Positions 1 to 13,935 of a stretch of DNA of 64,000 nt are shown here, one piece after another. The position numbers and the translations under genes were made by a program. The notes below the pieces were generated by a model that saw only the letters and a program-made list of their open reading frames with translations, was not told where the DNA came from and made no database searches. Source of the DNA: Octopus sinensis (lineage: Eukaryota); contig NC_043004.1 of the NCBI RefSeq assembly GCF_006345805.1, forward strand, positions 99,634,001-99,698,000, in the 5' to 3' direction. The stretch's first letter is position 1, and each line of letters begins with the position of its first letter.

Positions 1-460
1 TCTATTCACCACATGTTACCTTATTTCATTGAGCGATTCAATTGAGTTCATTGTCACTGTCATCGTCATTGTTTCGATAATACAATGAAAAGTGGACTGC
101 AGCTAAGCTTCGAGGTAGAATTTATACGAAATCAAACTACAGAAATAGAATACAATGATACATTTAAAATAACATGGTTAATACAGTGTTAATTCAATAG
201 CAATTTCAAACATAAACAAAAACCACTGCCTTTTGTTGGGGTGGGTAAAATCGATTAAATCAACCCCTGCTGTTTTACTGGTAGCTTATTCATCGATTAC
301 GAGGTGACGAAATGTTATGATCACGTGTAAAGTATTTGAAGCCACAGTAGAAAGAGATTAAATTTTAAAACATATGGCATTTTGGCTGACAATCTTACGA
401 TTCTATAGTATATTTACTTTGATAATAAATATGGAGATCATTATCAGATAATGATATAAA

Positions 461-616
461 GGCAGTGAACTGGCAGAATCATTTGCTGTATTTCGCCCGT
501 TGCTATGGTATGAGTTCAAATTCCGCCGAGGTCGACTTTGCTTTTTATCTTTTGGAGGTCGATGAATTAAGCTCCAGTCAAGTACTAGAATCGATGCAAT
601 AGACTATTCCCTCCTT
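461..616 (+). mobile_element. tRNA-derived SINE, family A, diverged with internal deletion
   Basis: GGCAGTGAACTGGCAGAA head, B-box-like GAGTTCAAATTCCGCCGAGGTCGAC; aligns by eye with the full copies at 3498 and 62045. Confidence 0.75.
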
Positions 617-635
617 GTGTTTTTTTTTCTTTAAT

Positions 636-878
636 AAAGGTGCCCTTTTAAAGCCTAGCAAAGCTCATGGGCCCGGTTTCTATGGCGTATGTGTTCCCAA
701 GCTGGACGGGACGCCAGTCCATCGCAGCGTTACTCATTTTTTCCAGATGAGGGGACTGGAGCAACGTGAATTGAAGTGTTTTGCTCAAGAAAACAACGCG
801 TAGCCCGGTCCAGGAATCGAAACCACAATCTTACAATTATGATGCTGACACCCTAACCACTAAGCACTAAGACACGCC
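636..878 (-). mobile_element. CORE-type tRNA SINE (OR2-like), tail T1
   Basis: Reverse strand: tRNA-like head (GCTTAGTGGTTAGGGTG...GGTTTCGATTCC), CORE-like TTCTTGAGCAAAACACTTCAATTCACGTTGCTCCAGTCCCCTCATCTGG, then tail GCGATGGACTGGCGTCCCGTCCAG shared with 16400-16710. The OR2 name is from recall. Confidence 0.75.
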
Positions 879-1324
879 CCCCCCCCCACCCTTGTGTTTA
901 TAGTAAAATATAATGATATATTGGTAACAAGCGAAATCTTGAATGTAGATTCATAAGTTAATGAATATCAAAATGATATCAAAAATTATCCTTTTTTCAT
1001 CTATCCTGCAGAAAAGGATGATAGACATATTGGCCTCAGATTTGTGTATCATTAGTTGGAAAAAATGTATATATTGTTAACACATGGAGTTGAATTTAAA
1101 TCATGGGGAACGGTTGTTTCTACTCTATTGACCATAGTACAGGATTGATTTTCCACGTTACGGGCCTCAGAGAGGGGTAAGCTTTGAACGCAATTCGTAA
1201 ACAGCAATAAACTATAAGTCACTGTTACGAGTTCTATGATTTTATCGCACATATTCCATGCATACACTCAAGGTAAAAAAAATAATAACAATGTTGAAGT
1301 TGATTGTATAAGCCCTCATTATTT

Positions 1325-1465
1325 GACTAATACTTTATTTTAAGGACCCAGAACGGTGAAGCTCAATTTTAACTTCGACGCTATTTGAACTCGGGAAGTA
1401 AACGAATGCACTAAATAACACGGAACAAGTTGACCGATGTTCTACCATTTCTGCTACTCTAACTC
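1325..1465 (-). mobile_element. Highly degenerate family A SINE
   Basis: Residual ATTTGAACTC (B box, reverse) and spacing similar to family A. Confidence 0.35.
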
Positions 1466-2605
1466 TCTTAAATAATTACGATGATAAAACTAATGATGAT
1501 TTCTGAGTTATCTGAATAATAAAAATAATAATGATAATGATAATAGCCAAAGCACGAAGAACATACTCAACTACAAAGGATTAAAAATAAAAGAAACCAG
1601 TAAGTGCAAAACAAGACGAAATACTATAACAATATTGAAAGAAAAGGAGTAAAAATAATTTTTTAAAAGAACAACAACAACACAAACCAAGGCACACACA
1701 AATTACGATACATCATTGCCAGGCATTGCTATGGCAGGTTCCATTCATAAAATGCATTCTTGATTAATTGCCGATGATTTAGAGGATAACATCTAATTAT
1801 CTAAGTACGCGTTCTGTTCTCTGTCCATATTCTTTGAGTTCGTTTTCTCACAACATCTTTGAATTAGTTTTGAAGAACGTCTCCGGTCTCTCCTTTGTGT
1901 GTTTTTAGTTTTTCGTTTTCGTTTAAGGAATCATCTAACGGCATTCACGAATAATGGAGTTATTCATTATCATTCATTCATTCATTTATTTTTATATTTT
2001 CGACTCTTTATATATTCTTCCCTTTTTGTCTGTCTTTTCTTTTTTATCTTCTGAATATAGTAAAGTAGCAATTATCTTAACAAAATAACGACGTTCCTTT
2101 CCACTTAATTTTTCTTTTCCACTTCTTATTTATGGATATGCATATAATATGAATTTTTGTTTTGTACGCAGCGATGTTGCATACCTTTTTCATTTTTAGT
2201 TTCTTATTTATACAGTATTAAAATTTTGGCAGGTTTTGTAATTATTACTATTATATTTTTTTTCTAGTAATAATTTTGTGTTTGATATTTATGATTTTGC
2301 TTCTCATTCAAAAAATTTTTTGTATCCATTGGAAGGGGATATATTTTTGAAGCATTCTGTTACCGAATATTTTAGAAATCTAGAATGATGCAATAAAGGA
2401 CATGTTAGTGTGTTGTATGTGCTTACTTACAAAAGCACACAAAAATGAACACAGATATACGCATGCACACTCACTCGTATATACACGCATATAAATATAT
2501 ATATGCATATGTTGGTAATTTATGCATACACACATTCGAATGAAATTTAACGGCTTCCAGCCTGTGAAATGCTGTCGTTCTGGTCATACAAAAAATAATA
2601 AACGC

Positions 2606-2646
<41 letters not shown>

Positions 2647-2786
2647 TACATATATATACATACATAATATATATATATATATATACATACATATATATTA
2701 TATATATATATATATATATACATATATAACATACATACATATATATATATATATATTACATATATATATATATATATACATACATA

Positions 2787-2826
<40 letters not shown>

Positions 2827-3016
2827 ATACATATATATATATACATATTTATATATATATATACATATATATACATACATAATATATATATATATATATA
2901 TACATATATATTATATACATACATATATATATATATATATAACATATATATATATATATATATACATACATATATATATACATATTTATATATATATACG
3001 CACATACATACATATA
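2606..3016. repeat. Compound (TA)n/(TACA)n microsatellite
   Basis: Directly visible; source of several YIYI ORFs. Confidence 0.97.
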
Positions 3017-3497
3017 TGTATTCTTGTGTGTATGTGTATATGCATGTATTCTGGACGTATTCTTACATCTTCAGTTGTATAGAATATTTTTTGCCGTTCT
3101 ATAAAAGTAGGTTCTCTTTCTTCACTTTGAACATTCTGCTCCTTTTTATTCAGTGCTTTCCTAATAAATGTTTCAGGAGAACTTGTCTCTGTGTATACCG
3201 GTTGAAAGAGTAAGTAGTTGCAGAATATTTAAATTTCTGAAAGATTATAGTTAAGGAAATATTTTGATATTGATTGCACATTCTTTCCCGCTTATTCCAG
3301 TGATACACAATTTCTAACCTAAATTAATTTCCATATACAGTCTTAATAGAAATACGCTTTCATTGAATGATTCCTATGTACACAAACAGAAAAAGCATTT
3401 CCTGACAGTGCTGTCAGCCTTTTTAGATAAAACATATCATGTGTATATGTGTGTCTGTGTTTGAATGTTTTTGCAAGCATTGCTCTATATTTTTCAA

Positions 3498-3880
3498 GGC
3501 GGCGAACTGGCAGAAACGTTAGCACGCCGGGCGAAATGCTTAGCGGTATTTCGTCTGCGTTACGTTGTGAGTTCAAATTCCGCCGAGGTCGACTTTGCCT
3601 TTCATCCTTTCGGGGTCGATAAATTAAGTACCAGTTACGCACTGGGGTCGATGTAATCGACTCAATACCTATGTCTGTCCTTGTTTGTCCTCTCTGTGTT
3701 TAGCGCCTTGTGGGTAATAAAGAAATAGGTATTTCACTTGTCACTACGTTCTGAGTGCAAATTTTGCCGAGGTCAACTTTGCCTTTTATTCTTTCGGGGT
3801 CGACAAATAAAGTACGAGTGACACACTGAGGTCGACATGATCGACTATCCTCTTCCCCCAAAATTTCAGGGTTTGTGCAT
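3498..3880 (+). mobile_element. Family A SINE: full unit plus second headless unit in tandem
   Basis: GGCGGCGAACTGGCAGAAACG head, body, tail ...AAAGAAATAGGTATTTC which runs directly into a second, more diverged body (3727-3880). Confidence 0.9.
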
Positions 3881-4000
3881 TATTCTATATTTTTGGAAGG
3901 CCTTATTCTATATTTTTCATGCCATTTAATGTCGTAGCACTATCGAAATCATGTTGATATCTGATTTCCAGTGGACGAGGGATTCTATTATTCTGTTAAT

Positions 4001-4855
<855 letters not shown>

Positions 4856-5707
4856 GATATTTGCTAATTATATTTTCCATGATTTTATCGTTAACAGCTT
4901 TGATAGTTGTCATTTTACCATTTCTTTTATTTTACGCAATTGGACACTTTACAAGTTTATTTGTTATATGGTCCTTTGGTAAGGTATTATTCGATGCTAC
5001 ATTGAGAGTGCTTTGAACATAGGCATGGTGTATCGAAATGGTTATGCATTTATGCATATACGGGCATATAGACAGGAATACACACACACACACATTTATC
5101 CGAAGCGGTGCTGAAAAGATCTTGTCTTTGTATAAAAGAAAATACAGGAGGATCAGTCAATTATGATATTATTCAACATAATCTCCTGTTTGTGTGTACA
5201 TATATACAGAAAGAGTGGTAAGTGGTGTATATATAGATAAGCCGTATGAAGATTCGTTATGTGCAGTCCATATATACTAACTTATTGCATAAATCTTTCC
5301 TAAAAATTTTAATCATTTTTTAATAATTTAATATATTTCCTTGAACACACCACTGGAAATATTGTGATTGCTTTGATAATTTAGGGCTTTGTGCGTTAAT
5401 TGTAAACGCGCATTATACACACACATTCATATATAGGCTTGTTTATGTATATGATATATATACATACATATATATATATTTATGTATGTATATATATGCG
5501 TAAACATACACCTCTGTACAGTTTCTATGTTTACGCATTTTGTATGTGTGTTTATTAAATTATTGATTACGCCTCTAGAGGTTTAGTTTGTGACATATAT
5601 ACGTATTCACTTACGTACATAGAACCATATTTAAATACAAATATATTTTAGAACAGAAAAGACATATACATTCGCAATGGTATGTATGCTTCAAATGTAT
5701 ACGTACA

Positions 5708-5746
<39 letters not shown>

Positions 5747-5832
5747 TATATATTAACAAAATAATAAATAAAACATATGCATATATACATCCATATATGT
5801 ACATACCTACATCTATATGTATATATACATGT

Positions 5833-6158
5833 ATGGCTCAGTAGTTAGAGCGTCGAGCTTACGATCGTGAGGTTGTGAGTTCGAATCCCGGACCGGGTTG
5901 CGTGTTGTGTTCTTGAGCAAGACACTTTATTTCACGTTGCTCCAGTTCACTTAGCTGTAAAAATGAGTTGCGACCTCACAAGTGCCAAACTGTATCGGCT
6001 TTTTCCTTTCCCTTGGATAACACTAGTGACGTGGAGAGGAGAGGCCGGTATGCATGGGCGACTGCTGGCCTTCCAGAAACAACCTTGCCCGGACTTGTGC
6101 CTGGGAGGGTAACTTTCTAGGTGCAATACCATGGTCAGTCATGACCGAAGGGGGTCTC
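5833..6158 (+). mobile_element. CORE-type tRNA SINE (family C), tail T3
   Basis: A box TGGCTCAGTAGTTAG, B box GAGTTCGAATCC, then GTGTTGTGTTCTTGAGCAAGACACTTTATTTCACGTTGCTCCAGTTCACTTAGCTGTAAAAATG resembling the MIR/CORE domain as recalled; ends CATGACCGAAGGGGGTCTC. Confidence 0.85.
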
Positions 6159-7007
6159 AGCTCATATGGGTACAGGACACCAAAAAAAACGTAGAGCACA
6201 GTGAGAAACAAAAACATAAAAAACATGGAAACGGACTTTCTTCAAACAACGAAAAACAGTGTACAAAACATGCAACACAAAGAATATTCCCCATCTTCAG
6301 CTGCCCCTGCTTCGTCTACTCCTTGTTTCGAAAGTAAGGACAAGACACGACTTCCTTGAAACAATCCTTCCCGCAAAATAAATTAAATGAAATTTGTTTT
6401 TTTGTGGTGGGGTAAAATTGGTAACAAGAACAGGACTGTAAAAACAAAACACGACAGTAAAAACTACGAATAAAAGCAGTAAAAGACAGGGCAAGGAGAA
6501 TAACACAGTAGAAACAAACGGTGAGGGCTGTTAAGCCAAGACGAAAATAAAAATTACTTAGAACGCTTTGAAAAAACGGCTTAAGAGGGGGACAGGAAAG
6601 CCGTCTACACTTTTTGAAGGCAGTAGTCAGAAAGAAAGTAACCCTCTGGTCACATGTCAGCGACGAGGAGGAGGAGAAAGAGAAAAGGAGCGGTGATATA
6701 TATATATCGATGGGTTGATAGATAGATAGATAGATACATACATACATACACTAACGGTCACTTCCACTCATACTGCAACTCCAATCACCACCACCACCAC
6801 CACCACGGTCACTATTACTACGACCAATGGTCTCTGCTACTACTGCTATTACGACCAACGGTCACTTTCACGATTACAGTGAACGTTTCAAGTCAACGCA
6901 CAAGACTGCCATTATGCTCCTCCCCCACAAAACACCACCAAGTGGACTCTCTTGTAACTAGTAAGAAACAATTATGAACTTTTATATTACACTTAACCTT
7001 TTAAAAT

Positions 7008-7055
7008 ATTTTTGATAGGGCTGTTTTTTTCCAGAAGAACCGAAACATGTAAAAT
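7008..7055 (+). ncRNA. Decayed type I hammerhead ribozyme-like motif
   Basis: ATTT-TTGATAG-GG...CC-GAAAC-AT-GTA-AAAT: stem I ATTT/AAAT, palindromic ACATGT stem III and GUA triplet, but the CUGANGA box is mutated. Confidence 0.4.
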
Positions 7056-7132
7056 CTCTAATAAAATTAAAATTTATCTTATATAGTGGCCTTTTCAAAC
7101 TTCTTTTATATATATATATATATAATATATAT

Positions 7133-7180
<48 letters not shown>

Positions 7181-8904
7181 ATATATTTGCCAAACCATCC
7201 ATCTATCCACTCCACCATGTAGCAGCACATTGAATCATGCGCTCATATATAGAGACTGAGAGGCTGATATTAAGAGACAGAATGCAGCATAACATGAATG
7301 GTAAAACAAAAAAAACATAATCGTATAGTCTGAACTAATGCGAAAATAAGAGATCTCAAATCTCAACCTTGAATACTTTTATATCTCTGATTATTAGTGA
7401 ACTTGTTTATGTGATTACCTTGCCGTAGCCCTAATATTGAAAATTTTGGCTTTTCGAAATTAAACTCAATACGGGCATGGATTTATTATACGCGCGCTTA
7501 ATGGAACTGTGAATATGTTTAAGACATTCCAGAAGTTTAAACTGAGGTAATAAATATGAGGTATATTAAGTATGAACGTGCAAATATCGTACACACGGAG
7601 ATTCCAAATATACAGTTCTACATGTATAATTAAATGCAGGAATTCATGCAAATATATATATCTGCGAAATTGCATCTATACATGAATAACTATTTTGTGT
7701 TGCAGAATTTTCAGTACAAGCGAAATGGATTGCTAACTTTACTTTCTCTGTTAGTCACAATTAATGCATATAAACCGGAACAACATGGATGATAGATATA
7801 TTATATGCATACATAATAAGCAATTGACTATGACGTTGCTGCGGTATAAATTACGATGAAAATGCTTATTTTCTTCTGAGTAAACGATAAATTGTTTAAT
7901 GTCGAAACATTTTATGTATAGAGCCTTCGAACTTGTCTCTATCTAAAAGTGGTTTCTCAAACCAATATTTGTCGCTATTATTTATAGCTTTATGTACATC
8001 AAGACCCGCCGTTCCAAAATAGATCTATATAACTACTAAGTTAATGTACAATAAATTTTCAATGAGAGAGTGATCTGCTTCAGATTTTGCATCTTTCTAT
8101 CTCAGAGAGAAATTGGAAAATTAAAAGCAGTTTACACTTACATATTCGTCTCAGTAAAACAATTGCATTCATACATTCAGACTAGCAAACCTATTTTACA
8201 TACATAAATACATGCATACACAATACATAATGACATACATGCATACACAAACTGCTAATACAAAATATGGATCAAAACAGGATGAAATCAACAATACGTC
8301 AACACCTTAAGAAAACAAAACATTTTGCCAAGAGTGAAATAGAATCAAAATACGAAATATTGGACCATACTTGTACAGTATTAACTGTGCATCAAAAAGT
8401 GAAAACAACTAATTCGGAAAACTTGATGGGAAACCATTAAAATGTTGTCATACGTATGTTTTCAGCACCCAATGCCTGGAAGATGCAATGTCTCTCATTT
8501 ATATACATACATATATACACAGGCACGCACGCACACATATGTATGTATGTAAGTTTGTATCTATGTATGCATGTATATATGCATGTATGTGTATCTATGT
8601 ATGTGTGTATGTATGTATGCATGTATGTATGTAACTATCGCTGGCTGGCTGACTGAATGGCTGGATGGATGGATGGGTATATATGTTTGTGTGTGATCAT
8701 ATCCACCTTTCCATTTTCATGCGCACAAAGATTCATACATTCACATGCACGAACACGTACACATGTATTTATGTGCATTACTATAAGAGCTTGCATAACA
8801 TACATCCTCTGATTATTGACTTTCAATAAATATTTCTGTAAGAAAAAAATGCAAATGGCGTTTATGTATATGTATGTGTATATATATATATATATATAAA
8901 GAAA

Positions 8905-9450
8905 AAAACCCATTAACAACGTCACCTCCGATGTCTACACCAACTCCCCCATCGGCACCACCATCAACAAAAACAATGACGACAATGATGATGACGATCA
9001 CGATGATGATTACAAGTATGAGTTCGACAATAACATCATCAACAACAACAACAAAATTATTTTGTATTGAGAAATGAATTATTAGATAAATTCTTGGTAA
9101 ACGACCAAAACTCTTACATAGGTGACAAAATTTAAATGGGGGATTGCGAATTGACAGAAATATCTGAAATATGCCATTCTACAGTTAGATGTCGATAATA
9201 AGTTGCAAAGTAACTTCTCTGTTCGCTCTCAGTACAACCACCAATCATAGTTATTATCGTTATAAGCATCATTATGATGATCATCCAAGGCAGTAACAGC
9301 AACACACGACCACTGCTACTACCTCTCAAACGCCACTGCCTTCGATCTCATCGTCAATCACCACGGTCGTTGTCGTCATCAGTGTCATATTTTGTCATCA
9401 CCATCATGTTCATGATGATGATGATGATGATGATGATGATAATAATGATG
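8905..9450. repeat. Trinucleotide microsatellite clusters (ACC/ACA/ATG/CAT)
   Basis: Degenerate trinucleotide runs at about 8905-9060 and 9240-9450. Confidence 0.85.
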
Positions 9451-9612
9451 GTAAGACTTAGACGCAGTGTTATAAGTTTACAGGTCGACTTATGATGTTT
9501 GAATCTATGAGAGATCAGACATATCTCTTAGTTTTATTTAGCTAGAATAAGTATATAGAATTTTGTTACACCGTGATCAACTGAAATGAAAAGGTACGAC
9601 GAACGTAGGCAC

Positions 9613-9704
9613 GTACAAATAGTTATCGCATCACCGTACAACTAGTTACAACTTCAACGTACAAATAGGTATAGCTTCAAAGTACAACAATCTATAGCTT
9701 CACA
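9613..9704. repeat. 23-bp minisatellite, 4 units
   Basis: GTACAAATAGTTATCGCATCACC / GTACAACTAGTTACAACTTCAAC / GTACAAATAGGTATAGCTTCAAA / GTACAACAATCTATAGCTTCACA, each exactly 23 nt. Confidence 0.85.
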
Positions 9705-9743
9705 GCCGAAGGGATCCAATTAACAAATAGGTTATATATATAT

Positions 9744-9982
9744 ATTTCTTTATCGCCCACAAGGGGCTAAACATACAGGGGAGAAACAAGGACGGTCAAG
9801 GAGATTAAGTCGATTACATCGACCCCATTGTGAAGCTGGTACTTTATTTATCGACCCTGAAAGGATGAAAGGCAAAGTCGACCTCGGCGGAAATTGAACT
9901 AAGAACGTAACGACAGACGAAATACCACTAAGCATTTCGCCATTTCGCCCGGCAGCTAACGTGTCAGCCAGCGCGCCGCCTT
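9744..9982 (-). mobile_element. Family A SINE
   Basis: Full copy; TSD ATAGGTTATATATATA starting at 9727 and 9983. Confidence 0.92.
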
Positions 9983-9987
9983 ATAGG

Positions 9988-10030
<43 letters not shown>

Positions 10031-10078
10031 TGTTTGGATGTTGAAATCAACGACGAAACAGTCCGTGTTATACTAATA

Positions 10079-10226
10079 CTGGTTTCGAATTTTGGCACAA
10101 GGCTAGCATAATCGGAGGATGAGAAGCAAAGTCGACCACCACTGAATATGAATTCATAGCGTAAAGATGAACTAAATGCCGCTAAGCATTTTGCCCGGCG
10201 TACCAACGGTTCTGCCAGACCGCCTC
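10079..10226 (-). mobile_element. Degenerate family A SINE with internal deletion
   Basis: GCAAAGTCGAC...GAATTCATAG...GCCGCTAAGCATTTTGCCCGGCG...TTCTGCCAG matches the family A head in reverse. Confidence 0.65.
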
Positions 10227-10400
10227 CTGCTAATATTAATGACACCAATACTGAAAAAGTATTGGTCGGTTAAATAATTTTTTCTTCTTAGTCAATTAAG
10301 TTTGTTACCATATGTCTCAAGCAAAACGCTTCAACAATCATCTCAATTATTTCTTGACACAAACAGAGACAGGGTAATCGTAATAAATAATAAAATTATA

Positions 10401-10463
<63 letters not shown>

Positions 10464-10499
10464 TATATTATATTACTTATATTTATATTATTTGTTATT

Positions 10500-10618
10500 T
10501 ATGTATTGGTTTATGTCTATCACTGAGTTGCATAATAGTGGTTTTATCTCTAATTCGTATTTTATATGTTTATACTGTGAAATCGAATTTTTCCCTGTAA
10601 GTTTGGAGCTATACTCCC

Positions 10619-10620
<2 letters not shown>
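10500..10620 (+). repeat. Dispersed repeat module X (partial)
   Basis: TAATAGTGGTTTTATCTCTAATT...TTTTCCCTGTAAGTTTGGA also occurs at 15380-15495 and 50722-50835; followed by (TTA)n to 10702. Confidence 0.75.
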
Positions 10621-10704
<84 letters not shown>

Positions 10705-10718
10705 CATTAACGTATTAG

Positions 10719-11781
10719 CTATGAGTTAATAATTCCCTTTCGTATCAAATCCTCATTTCTGAAGTTTTTACATGGGGCCAAATCACGCATATCTTGTGCA
10801 TTAAAATTTCTTCCAGTACTTTCTATATATGTATTTATGCTACAACTAATAGATGAAAGGAAGAATATAGCAAGATTTGGACTCCCAGAACTAAAAGAAA
10901 TTAGATTTTTATACGCTAAGAATACATTCTGTTGTTTGCTTTTATCTGCCACTTTCGAAACTAAATCTTTTAACCAGGAAAGCCCTGAGAAAAGAAAGAT
11001 GGGGACATGTACATTAGTTAAAGTCACTAACAGATTAAGAATCTATATTTTTATCTAAACGTTTATAAATTTTTTAAATATTTCTTAACTTTGAAGTATA
11101 TTTAATGTTACGAAACTCAAATATTGTTATGATATTAAATATTTTCAGAACATTGTTAGTTCCTTCATCAAGCAATGAGAAGTCGCATCTTGAGTTATCA
11201 GACGTATAGTAAGCAACAATCCTTAAGCAAGCTGCTATAATATGATCGTAAGGATTATCTGACAAATGTTGGGTATATAAAAGAAAACTATATATATAAT
11301 ACAGTACATCATGATTATAATATATATCAAAAATGTGAAAATATAGGCAGTACTTAAATGACATAAAAAAGGGCTTAAAGCCCGGATGTATTCGACTGTT
11401 ATTTTAATTTTAATGAAGACAGTTTAATAGAGATAGCTCTGGGCCACACATTTGTTAGAGAGATTATAGTTCATTGCATGGATCTGGTAATTGCCGGTAA
11501 ATATATCAACCGTGAAAGAATGCAGGTTAATATCAATCAAGTCAGAATTTTTACCGATAATTTACAAATAGCAAATATGTAGTAAATAAAGTTTAAATTA
11601 TACTTTAGTATTCTAGAACCATTGTCCATGATTCAATGAAGAGAAATGTTTAAATGATCTACACCTTACTGGCATTAAACTCGATTGCATGAGATCAAAT
11701 TTTTCATTAACATCATAGTCCGAAATTAGTATGTTAAGAAGTTCCAATATTCTGGATTGAGTCAGTGAAAGAAATTCTTCT
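10719..11781 (-). pseudogene. Candidate spliced coding remnant, four putative exons, product unknown
   Basis: Putative exons 11781-11670, 11561-11450, 11258-11112, 10984-10719 are phase-compatible and stop-free; pyrimidine-rich acceptors precede three of them; the second acceptor reads AA instead of AG and two donors are weak. No family recognised. Confidence 0.25.
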
Positions 11782-12857
11782 CTTATATAATAAAAGAAAA
11801 ACAGAAAGTGTATGAAGTTTTGCTAAATCAATATTATAAATATATAGCTTGTATACAAGCGAATTTACAGTGTACATGTTTATTGCTATAACATGAAATC
11901 TATTGAAAGCCAATTGAGAAAAATTTGATGTTTCATTAGCAAACAAACATAGTGTTTTAACAAACAGTCGAATACAAAATGTTCAAGAAACAAAAATATA
12001 TACCTACAAAGAAATGTTTAACCAGAAAAAAAAAGGAAAATATTAAAATAAACACAAAAAACGTAACTTACAACAGGCACCCCTGCTCACATCCGAGAAC
12101 AAAACTATTTAATAAAGAAAACACAATTTGAAGTAAAATAGATCGTAATAAAACAAACAGTACAAATACGTTTTACGCCTTGTATTAAGATAAATATTAT
12201 TCATTGTTATTTTGTAATTCTTACGTGAACCTGACAATTGCAAACATCATACGAGATATTTAACAAAATCAAAAACTTAAATATATATCTCGAAAAGATC
12301 TGTAGTTTTCAGAATAAAAGGAACTGATAAAAGGAAAGATAGGAAAACAATAACAACATCAACAGCATTTAAATGTTTTTGGACGGAAACCAAACAAAAT
12401 TATAACGAGTTAAATACAATAGTTTAGACTTGAATTAAAAGAGAAAATATTTTCTATTGATTGAAACGAAATAAACAGGTTGTGAATTGGAAATTGACAA
12501 TAGAGCTTTGATATAGACAATATATTGTTGTGTTCAAAATATACACATGTACAGTAAATGTGTATAAATGTGCGTAAATATGTGTGGGGATGTTAGCGCG
12601 CAATAAAGAAATTGTTAGTATGTATGATTTTGTGATTGTATTTGTAGCGATTTGTTTGTGTTGTATACGAGTAGGATTTTTTAAGACTCATATATATCCG
12701 AAAATTAATACGCGTTTTTTTTGTGTGTATATACAGACAGACAGACACACACGCACACACACATACACATACAAACACATACACACACACAAACACACAC
12801 ATATATTAATCACGGTATCCATCATACTTTACGGATGATGCTATACCTCAAGGGTTA

Positions 12858-12930
12858 CAATGCGCTTCGCATTGTTTTAGCTTTCGAATGAATGCACCCT
12901 ACTCGCTAGACGAGCAGGCCGATACATTCA
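12858..12930 (-). mobile_element. Isolated T2 SINE tail fragment
   Basis: AATGCGCTTCGCATTGTTTTAGCTTTCGAATGA...GAGCAGGCC matches 13567-13625. Confidence 0.7.
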
Positions 12931-13472
12931 AACAAAAATGTGTGTATGTAGATAGATGGATTGATATCTAGATAGATGTGTGAATGCTTATTTCTGAAGA
13001 CAAAGGCTTATATGCATCTACTACCGGTTGTATATCCTTGACTTCGTTCACATCCATCTGCCAAAAGTACAACAATCACGCAATTCGGAGCCTCCAGAAA
13101 CAGCTGTCGGACCTGATATACCATGCTCCCTCCACTTAACTTTCTGTATCTTTTGTACTCCATGTAAATATATTTTGTGATTACATAAATACCTATATGC
13201 TTATTGGTGAATGTCGATCATTCGAATATATTCACTTATTGTTTCTCGCTGTATACTGTTTCTCTCTATATACACCCCTGTACATGTTTACAAGTAGATA
13301 TGTTTATCATATCTAAAATAACTATTGCTTAACCATCTTCTCACACCCTCTCCCATGAAGGGATATATCAAATATAAGTACATATAAGACCTATTTATAA
13401 ATGTTCTGAAATCTTAACAGCTTTGGATTTTTATCTCATTCTGTAAATTTACACACACACACACACACACAC

Positions 13473-13543
<71 letters not shown>

Positions 13544-13548
<5 letters not shown>

Positions 13549-13804
13549 CTACACATCGCTAGTCAAAATGCGTTCGCATTGTTTTAGCCTTCGAATGACG
13601 CCACCCCGATGGCTAAGCGAGCAGGCCAACAGAAGAAAGAGTGTGAGAAAGAGTGGTGAAAGAATACAGCAGGGGTCATACCCCCTGCCGGAGCTTCGTG
13701 GAGCTTTTAGGTGTTTTCGCTCAATAAATACACACAACACCCGGTCTGGGAATCGAAACCGGGATTCTACGACCGCGAGTCTGCTGCCCTAACCACTGGG
13801 CCAT
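13544..13804 (-). mobile_element. Family D tRNA SINE (OR1-like), tail T2
   Basis: Head ATGGCCCAGTGGTTAGGGCAGCAGACTCGCGGTCGTAG...GTTTCGATTCCC and body GAGCGAAAACACCTAAAAGCTCCACGAAGCTC as in 16400-16710, but a different 3' tail. Confidence 0.85.
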
Positions 13805-13904
13805 ATATGATTAAATGAGGCAGCTAATTAGCAGAATTTCACCGAAAAGGAAAAAAAACATCATTAACTATGACTCAGCGCTACAAATAAGTGCTAAACG
13901 GCTC

Positions 13905-13935
<31 letters not shown>

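Noticed and set aside
5833-5905. tRNA gene
   Set aside because: A and B boxes are present but the acceptor stem does not close and the sequence continues into a SINE body; the same applies to all other tRNA-like heads.
6250-6345. Minus-strand CTGAAGA (6294-6300) as a type I or II hammerhead
   Set aside because: No downstream GAAA for type I, and stem I does not pair in the type II arrangement. The surrounding 6160-6710 region looks like an unclassified repeat.
9613-9704. CRISPR-like array
   Set aside because: Contiguous tandem units with no unique spacers, no cas genes, and a eukaryotic context.
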